Shown here: in pieces, positions 58,335-64,000 of the stretch
Position numbering within the stretch: the stretch's first letter is position 1
How the letters are laid out: each line of letters begins with the position of its first letter
Assembly (NCBI GenBank): GCA_963763505.1
Contig: CAVXOZ010000009.1
Span: forward strand, 463,596 to 527,595
Direction of reading: 5' to 3'
DNA length: 64,000 nucleotides
Origin: an uncultured delta proteobacterium
GTDB taxonomy: Bacteria; Myxococcota_A; Polyangia; Polyangiales; Polyangiaceae
Notes under the pieces: model-generated
The model's database searches: none
The model's input: the letters and a program-made list of their open reading frames with translations, nothing else
Told to the model about the DNA's origin: nothing
Program-made: the position numbers and the translations under genes

Positions 58335-59342
58335 GTGAGGCCGCGGCGAGACGCCGTCGCAAGAACGAGCATAGGCTCCGTGGGGTTGCTGGCGCTGGGG
58401 TTGGCGGCGTGTCATGCGCCGTCCGACGGCCCCGGCGCCGGCGGCCCGCCGGGCGCCGCCGAGGCTCTGCGCGCGGGAACCGCGGCCGCAGTGCGGGTCC
58501 TGCCCTCCGGGGGGATGGCGCAGGCCTCGGGCTCGGGCTTCGTGCTCCGCGCCGATACGGGCGAACAAGTCATCGTGACGAATGCCCATGTCGTGTGGGG
58601 AGCGAGCGAGATCGCGATTGAGACGAACGACCATGCCACCGAGCGAGCCACGGTCGCGGGGGTCGACCCCGCGGTCGACCTCGCGGTCCTGCTGCCGCGT
58701 ACCAAGCTGTCGGTGGTTCCGCTCCGCTTCGAGTCGGACGAAGCGCTGCGGCTGGGGGACTGGCTCGGATCGGTGGGGAGTCCGGCCGGGGTTCTGAACG
58801 CGGTGAGCGTGGGTATCCTGTCAGCCCGGTCCACGGTCCCGGACGCAACGGTTCAGGCACAATCGTCGATCGATCATCTGTTCACGGACGCGGTTCTGAG
58901 TCCCGGGAGCAGCGGCGGGCCGCTGCTCGACGCGCGGGGCCGCGTCGTCGGGGTCAACGTCGCGATGCTCGGCACGTCGCGTGGGCTCGGAATCGCCATC
59001 CCGAGTCACCTCGCGGCGCCGGTGGTGGCCCGGCTCCTTCGCGACGGCGCCTATCCGCACGGGCGCTCGGGCATCCGCGTCGCGGACGCGAGCCCCGGAG
59101 GGCACGTGCGCGTCGTCTCCGTGGCGCCCGCCGACGCAGGCGACGAACTGGCCATCCGGAGCGGCGACCTCATCCTCGCCGTCGGCGGCCAAAGCGTGCA
59201 GAACGCCAGCGATTTCCGTATGCGCGAATTCATGGACGTACCTGGGACGAGGTGGCAGATTGAGATCGAACGTGATAAGCAAAGGATCACAACATCATGG
59301 GTATTGCGCGAATGGCCCACAGCGGCGCTCTCGCCGCGTTGA
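58335..59342 (+). CDS. HtrA/DegP-like trypsin-fold serine protease (S1C) with a C-terminal PDZ domain, lipoprotein
   Basis: GTG 58335 gives MRPRRDAVARTSIGSVGLLALGLAACHAP (lipobox). Catalytic triad context TNAHVV, DLAVL and GSSGGPLLD. PDZ region GIRVADASPGGHVRVVSVAPADAGDELAIRSGDLILAVGG. Confidence 0.8.
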   Translation: MRPRRDAVARTSIGSVGLLALGLAACHAPSDGPGAGGPPGAAEALRAGTAAAVRVLPSGGMAQASGSGFVLRADTGEQVIVTNAHVVWGASEIAIETNDHATERATVAGVDPAVDLAVLLPRTKLSVVPLRFESDEALRLGDWLGSVGSPAGVLNAVSVGILSARSTVPDATVQAQSSIDHLFTDAVLSPGSSGGPLLDARGRVVGVNVAMLGTSRGLGIAIPSHLAAPVVARLLRDGAYPHGRSGIRVADASPGGHVRVVSVAPADAGDELAIRSGDLILAVGGQSVQNASDFRMREFMDVPGTRWQIEIERDKQRITTSWVLREWPTAALSPR

Positions 59343-59740
59343 TGTGGGTGGCTTCCGGCTGTGCCGGCGAACGGCAAGACGTCCTCGACGCGCACGACGC
59401 GCGCGCAGGAGTGGTGCGCGTCTTCGACGTCCCCGCGGACGTCGCCTGGGCGGCAGCGCGGGCCGCGATGCGCTGGAATCACGCCGACGCCATCGAAGAA
59501 CATCGGAGCCAGGGATACATGCTCGCCACAGCTGGCGCGCAAGGCTGGAGCTGGGGTGCGACGATGGGAGTCTGGCTCGAGGGCTCGGGTCCGGGGGGCA
59601 CCCAGGTGCGTGCCATCGTGAGCCGCAAGTTGGCCGCGAATGTCACGGCCCAGAGCGAGGGGGCGCTGCTCGACGACATGCAAAAGGCCGTCGAACTCGA
59701 AAAGCGAGGAGAGGCCCTTCCCGACGCCGCGCCGGAGTGA
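59297..59740 (+). CDS. Small hypothetical lipoprotein
   Basis: RBS aaagga precedes ATG 59297. MGIARMAHSGALAALMWVASGCAG lipobox. It overlaps the htrA-like 3' end by 46 nt. Confidence 0.5.
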   Translation: MGIARMAHSGALAALMWVASGCAGERQDVLDAHDARAGVVRVFDVPADVAWAAARAAMRWNHADAIEEHRSQGYMLATAGAQGWSWGATMGVWLEGSGPGGTQVRAIVSRKLAANVTAQSEGALLDDMQKAVELEKRGEALPDAAPE

Positions 59741-59842
59741 GCGACCTAGCGCCTCGCCGTTTCCGTCCTGCGGGTGACGAGAGGGCAACGCCGCCGTGCG
59801 CGATGTCGGACCGAAATATTTGAAAAAAGTGACCCTCACGTA

Positions 59843-60172
59843 CGAGGGACGCGTCCCTCGCAGCGAGTAGCGGGCCCGCGGGGACGAGCAACGCGTCCCT
59901 CCTACATGAGGAGCGCGTCCCTCCTACATGAGGAGCGCGTCCCTCGTACTCGAGCAACGCGCTGCTCGAAGGCGCGGGCCCGCCCGCGGGGACGAGCAAC
60001 GCGTCCCTCCTACATGAGGAGCGCGTCCCTCGTACTCGAGCAACGCGCTGCTCGAAGGCGCGGGCCCGCCCGCGGGGACGAGCAACGCGTCCCTCCTACA
60101 TGAGGAGCGCGTCCCTCGTACTCGAGCAACGCGCTGCTCGAAGGCGCGGGCCCGCCCGCAGGGGCAAGCAGC
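59843..60172. repeat. Intergenic tandem repeat array of period about 86 bp (3.5 copies; the first copy carries an extra 22-bp internal duplication), with nested palindromes
   Basis: The unit cgcggggacgagcaacgcgtccctcctacatgaggagcgcgtccctcgtactcgagcaacgcgctgctcgaaggcgcgggcccgcc recurs at about 59877, 59985 and 60071. It contains gagggacgcgtccctc (a perfect 16-bp palindrome at 59843), stems gggacg/cgtccc and a hairpin tcgagca-acgcgc-tgctcga. Confidence 0.85.
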
Positions 60173-60251
60173 GCGCTGCAGCGGGCCTGGGCGCGGCGCG
60201 GGCCGAGCTGCGACTTCTTGGTGCCAGCAAGCCGATGCTACGGTTGCGTCC

Positions 60252-60575
60252 ATGAACCGGACGACGATCGCAATCGCGTGGACCGCGGCGGCCGTGCTCA
60301 CGACGGCGGCCGGATGCAGCAGCTCTAGTTCGGGCCCGGGCCCCGCGGACGCCGCGGCGATGAAAGAGTCGGGCCAGAGCGACGCGGTCGCTGCCTCGGA
60401 CGCCTCCCCCTGCTGCGACGACGACGGCAGCTGCAGCCCGTGCGTCGCCCCGGAGGCCGGCACGTGCGCGGCGGCGGGCGGGCAGTGCTTCTCCGGTCAA
60501 ATCACCTGTCCGGATCTGGGCGCTCTGGATTGCGCGTCCGGAACCACCTGTTGCCGCACGTCGGCGAGTCCCTGA
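60252..60575 (+). CDS. Small Cys-rich lipoprotein, hypothetical
   Basis: MNRTTIAIAWTAAAVLTTAAGCSS lipobox. 107 aa with 12 Cys. Directly downstream of the repeat array. Confidence 0.5.
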   Translation: MNRTTIAIAWTAAAVLTTAAGCSSSSSGPGPADAAAMKESGQSDAVAASDASPCCDDDGSCSPCVAPEAGTCAAAGGQCFSGQITCPDLGALDCASGTTCCRTSASP

Positions 60576-60678
60576 CACGGCGGCTCCCTGACCACCTGGT
60601 TCGGACGCTGGCCAGCCAGCGGATCGAAGCGCGGTCGCGTGCGGGTCTCACGCAAGCCGAGGTCGCCCGGCGCGAGGT

Positions 60679-61662
60679 CTACTGCCGCCGATCGATCGAT
60701 CGTGCCTCGTTCTTGCGCGAGAACCACGTGCTGGAGAGGTGCCTCGGCAGCGCCGACGCGTACAGGCAATCGCGCAGCGCGTTGGTCTCCCACGTCACGT
60801 TGGAATGATAGAGGCTCGTGCGCACGAAGACGGCCTCGGCGTGCGACAGCTCTTTGCGCGACAGCTCGCCCTCCTGGAGCTCGGACGCCGTGAGGACGCC
60901 CGCGCGGTCGAGCTGCGCGCGCAGGGCACTGTTGTTCGTGTCGGTCGAGGTCCCGTCGACGAAGAAGCTCACGAGCTTGTGTCGGCGGTGCAAAGACGCC
61001 CCCTTGCGCGAGGTGACCCAGTCGCGGAACGTCTCGACCTCCGAATAGAGCGCGTCGAAGAGGTACGTCTCGCGCACGTCCAGCCCACCACCCCGCAGGC
61101 AACACGCGGCTGCGTGGAAGCCGCCCGAGTGCGCGCTCACGCACACGGTGCCGCGACGTGCATGAATCGGGAAGCGGGCATCGCCCAGCGTCGAACGCCC
61201 CTCGTGCGCCGTCGTGACGATCGCCTCGGCGACGAGCCGCGCGAGCCCGCCGGAGGTCTCGAGCTTCCCGCACGACGAGTCCGTGGCCATGACCGCGAGC
61301 TGAGGGACGACGAGGATCGCGTTTTGCCGGCTGTCCGCCAGCTGCTCGCGCAGCTCATGCGCGGTCATGGCGCGCTCCGCGGTCGTGCTGTGACCGTGAA
61401 GGTGCACGAGCACGCCGACGCCTTCGTCATCGTCGTCGTAGTCGTAGCGGTAATGAGAGGGCACGAAGACGATGACCGTGTCGTCGCGGTACCCGGCGCC
61501 AGGGGCAGGGAACGGCGCGTTCTCGAGCGACAGCCAAAACGTGGTGCCGCGCGAGTCGTGAGTGGTCGACTTGAGCTTCGTCGGCACCTGGGCGCCGGCC
61601 CGACGGGTCAGGGAAACGAGGGGCGCCGCTGCGAGAGCGGCCAGGAAAGTGCGCCGGTGCAT
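60679..61662 (-). CDS. Tat-signal secreted hypothetical protein
   Basis: Internal start MHRRTFLAALAAAPLVSLTRRAGAQ has a twin-arginine motif RRTFLAA. A VHLHGHS motif is present. The upstream 54 codons of the ORF are probably non-coding. Confidence 0.55.
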   Translation of the reverse strand: MHRRTFLAALAAAPLVSLTRRAGAQVPTKLKSTTHDSRGTTFWLSLENAPFPAPGAGYRDDTVIVFVPSHYRYDYDDDDEGVGVLVHLHGHSTTAERAMTAHELREQLADSRQNAILVVPQLAVMATDSSCGKLETSGGLARLVAEAIVTTAHEGRSTLGDARFPIHARRGTVCVSAHSGGFHAAACCLRGGGLDVRETYLFDALYSEVETFRDWVTSRKGASLHRRHKLVSFFVDGTSTDTNNSALRAQLDRAGVLTASELQEGELSRKELSHAEAVFVRTSLYHSNVTWETNALRDCLYASALPRHLSSTWFSRKNEARSIDRRQ

Positions 61663-61711
61663 GGCCAACTCTACAGATCGCCGCGCCGGGGACAAGACGT
61701 CAAGTCCTCTG

Positions 61712-64000
61712 TCATCGCCCGCCAGCGCAGAGGCGCTCGATGCACTCGATGACGCGATCAAGCCGGAGCGGTTTGGCAAAGTGTTCGGTGAACCCGCTCG
61801 CGAGCGCGCGCTGGCGATCTGCATCCTGCGCGTAGCCGGTGACGGCCACGATAGGCGTATCCGCGAAGCCCGGCACGCCCCGCAACTGCTGCGCCAGCTC
61901 GTAGCCGTCCATCACGGGCAGCCCGATATCGAGGAAGGCAATCTCGGGCGTAAACGTCCGGACCACCTGCAGCGCGCTCGGCCCGTCGTCCGCTGTCCGC
62001 ACCTCGTGCCCGGCCCGGGTGAGCCCCTCCTGCAGGAGCTCGGCGGCGTCCGGGTTGTCGTCCACGACGAGCACGCGGCGCGGCGCACCGGGCGACTCGC
62101 AGGACGCCGAGATCGTCCGCGTGGCCCGATGCCGGCAAGGGCGCGTCCGCGCGCGGCAGGCGCACGACCATCGTCGTGCCCCGGCCCGGACCCGCGCTCC
62201 GTGCCTCGATCGTGCCGCCGTGAGCGACGACGAGCTGGCGCGCGATGGACAGCCCTAGACCGAGCCCGCCCTGCCTGCGATCGAGCCCTTGCCGCCCCTG
62301 GGTGAAGGGGTCGAAGACTCGTTGCAGGAGCTCCGGCTCGATGCCCGCTCCGTCGTCGGCTACCTCGAGCGCGACCTGCCCCGCGTCAGCGCGGGCGAGC
62401 ACCGTGATGTGCCCGCCAGGCAGCGTGTACTTTGCCGCATTCGTGAGCAGGTTCGTGATCACCTGCGCGAGGCGCTCGCTGTCCGCCTCGACGAAGAGCC
62501 GCGCGTGCGGCACCGACACCGTGAGCTGGTGCCTTCGCTCTTTGACGAGGGGTCCGGCCATCTCGATCGCCCCGGCGACGATCGCAGCCACGTCGACGGG
62601 CGCGCGCTCGAGGCTCAGTTCGCCGCGCACCCCGCGCGACACGTCGAGCAGGTCGTCGACCAAGCGCGTGAGGTGCCTGACCTGCCGCTCGATGACGGCC
62701 CGCTCGCGCTCGAGCACTCCGCCACCCCGCAAGCGCATCAGGTGCAGCGCGGTGACGATCGGCGCCAGCGGGTTCCGCAGCTCGTGCCCGAGCATCGCCA
62801 GGAATTCGTCCTTGGCCCGACTCGCCTCGTCGGCAGAGGCATGCGCCGCCTTCTCGGCGGTCACGTCGATGGCGGTGGCCACCGCGGCCTCGATGGTCCC
62901 GTCGTCGCCGCGGATCGGCGCGGCCCGGACGTGGATCCAGCCCTCCGCCCCGTTCAGGCGCGTGATGCGCAGCTCCTGGCCTTCCACGACCTCGCCGCGC
63001 AGAGCGCGCACGATGGGCCAGTCCTCCTTGGCGAGAGGGCGCCCGTCGGGGAAGCTGGCGCGCAGAATCTGGCCCCGATCCTCGCCACGCGGCGGAAAGC
63101 CCTTTGCTCTCCAGAGGTGCGCCATCGCATCGTTCGTGAAGACGAGCTCGCCGTCCGGCGCTCCCGCCACGATCGCCCCCACCGGCAACCGTTCGAGCAC
63201 GCATTGAAGACGCCGCTCCGCGCGACGCGCGTCGCCGTACAGGCGCGCCCGCGCGAGGGCATCCGCGCAGTGCTCCGCGATGGTCGCCGCGAAGCTGCGT
63301 TCCTCGGGCGAGAAGCGCCGCGGTCGTCCGGCACTCAACGCGAGCACACCGAGTACGCTATCGTCACGCACCAGCGGGAAGGCCCCGTACGCGCGGAACG
63401 CCTGCCCTCGTCCAAGCGCCTCCGCGACGGCGGGGTGCTCGTCGCCGAGGTCCGCCTCGCTCTCGTACCAGACGGCACGCCGCTCGCGCGCGACGCGCGC
63501 CCCCGGCAGGCTCGAATCGCCCCGCATGTGCCGGAACGGCCCCAGGATGGCCTCCGTCGTTTGGTGCGCGCCAAGCAACCGGAGGTCGCCCCGCTCGTCG
63601 ATCGCCCACATGGCCGACGCCGAGAGCCCGAGCGCCTCGGTGCTGATCCGCGTGGCCAGCTGTGCAATCTCCTCGACCGTTGCGGCCGATGAGAGCGCCG
63701 CTGTGAGCTGCTGCAGGCGCTGCAGCCGCTCCCGAGTCGCCTTCTCGCGCTCGACGAAGTTCGCGCGCTCCAAGGCCTGCGCCGCATGGTGCGCGAGCAC
63801 AGCGAGGAAAACGCGCTCGTCCTCGCCGAAGGCGCGGACGCCCGGGAAGACGAGCGACACGCCGCCGATGGCGCGCCCGTGGACGACGAACGGCAGGCAC
63901 GCATACGAGAGCTCGCGGAATGCCTCGAGCTCGGGGCCGCCCTTCTCGGCAACCGGGTAGCGTTCGCGGAAGTCGGCCCGCGACTCGAAGAAGAGCACTT
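61712..64000 (-). CDS. Hybrid sensor histidine kinase (GAF-GAF-PAS-HisKA-HATPase_c-REC), 5' end beyond the window; apparent frameshift near 62100 between the kinase and the receiver
   Basis: H-box FLAMLGHELRNPLAPI and the N/G boxes (NLLTNAAKYT, DDGAGI, GGLGLGLSI) sit in frame 61758..63998. The receiver MLVVDDNPDAAELL...FLDIGLP continues in frame 61712..62074 after a 1-nt shift inside gcccggtgcgccgcgccgcg. The antisense 467-aa ORF is an artefact. Confidence 0.75.

Noticed and set aside
59774-60103. 109-aa ORF (and minus-strand ORFs 59924..60463, 60096..60578) across the tandem repeat
   Set aside because: The repetitive, Arg-rich translations are produced by the DNA repeat itself, with no start context. 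I treat it as non-coding.
59843-60172. Possible CRISPR array
   Set aside because: Whole 86-bp units repeat with no unique spacers between conserved short repeats. No cas genes occur in the window.
1-64000. tRNA, rRNA, transposase/integrase, prophage or restriction/defence genes
   Set aside because: I scanned for T-loop-like GTTCGAATC-type motifs, IS-type terminal inverted repeats and nuclease or ATPase motifs and found none. This is a by-eye negative only; tRNAscan or Infernal would be decisive.

Overview
High-GC (~70%) bacterial chromosomal segment. Composition and gene content suggest a myxobacterium of the Polyangiaceae/Sorangium type; that identification is an inference, not a database result. 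Supporting content includes RCC1-repeat and cysteine-rich-repeat secreted proteins, three eukaryotic-like Ser/Thr kinases, ECF sigma/anti-sigma pairs, hybrid histidine kinases and many lipoproteins. I call about 50 protein-coding genes. I found no rRNA or tRNA genes, no transposase or integrase, and no CRISPR array. The ORF finder evidently allows GTG/TTG starts, so several start coordinates were chosen by signal-peptide or RBS logic and are approximate. Layout by region follows. (a) 0.6-8.1 kb: secreted carbohydrate-active proteins (a PQQ/GSDH-type sugar dehydrogenase, a GH28-like beta-helix hydrolase, a GH12 lipoprotein, a GT-C-like membrane protein, a Cys-rich repeat lipoprotein). (b) 8.3-13.5 kb: small housekeeping and regulatory genes (VOC, YafY-AlkA, RHH, AraC). 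(c) 13.7-17.4 kb: a 1236-aa secreted protein carrying near-identical 318-bp tandem repeats and RCC1 blades. (d) 17.5-19.6 kb: GAF-Ser/Thr kinase, ArsR and an AHSA1 remnant. (e) 20.0-29.7 kb: the most interesting block, a polysaccharide locus. It pairs a processive HAS/NodC-type GT2 synthase (QxxRW) with a divergently transcribed TviB/WbpA-like UDP-sugar 6-dehydrogenase. The synthase is co-operonic with an HlyD-type membrane-fusion protein, a TolC-like outer-membrane factor and a beta-helix protein. A CE4 deacetylase and a heparinase II/III-type lyase lie convergent to this operon. Together this looks like a glycosaminoglycan-like (uronic acid / N-acetylhexosamine) exopolysaccharide pathway with an unusual tripartite-efflux-like export route. 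(f) 30.6-36.6 kb: an NfeD-flotillin pair and an ECF sigma/anti-sigma module. (g) 36.6-47.8 kb: a membrane-fused spermidine-synthase-like protein, a hybrid HK-RR-DUF488 operon and a Ser/Thr kinase. (h) 48-59 kb: a YWTD-like beta-propeller lipoprotein, a PEGA protein, a 909-aa Cys-rich lipoprotein, a kinase, DUF899 and HtrA. (i) An 86-bp-period palindromic tandem repeat array lies at 59.84-60.17 kb. (j) A GAF-PAS hybrid kinase runs off the right edge. At least six genes show apparent single-base frameshifts, which argues for sequencing errors or pseudogenes and needs read-level verification.
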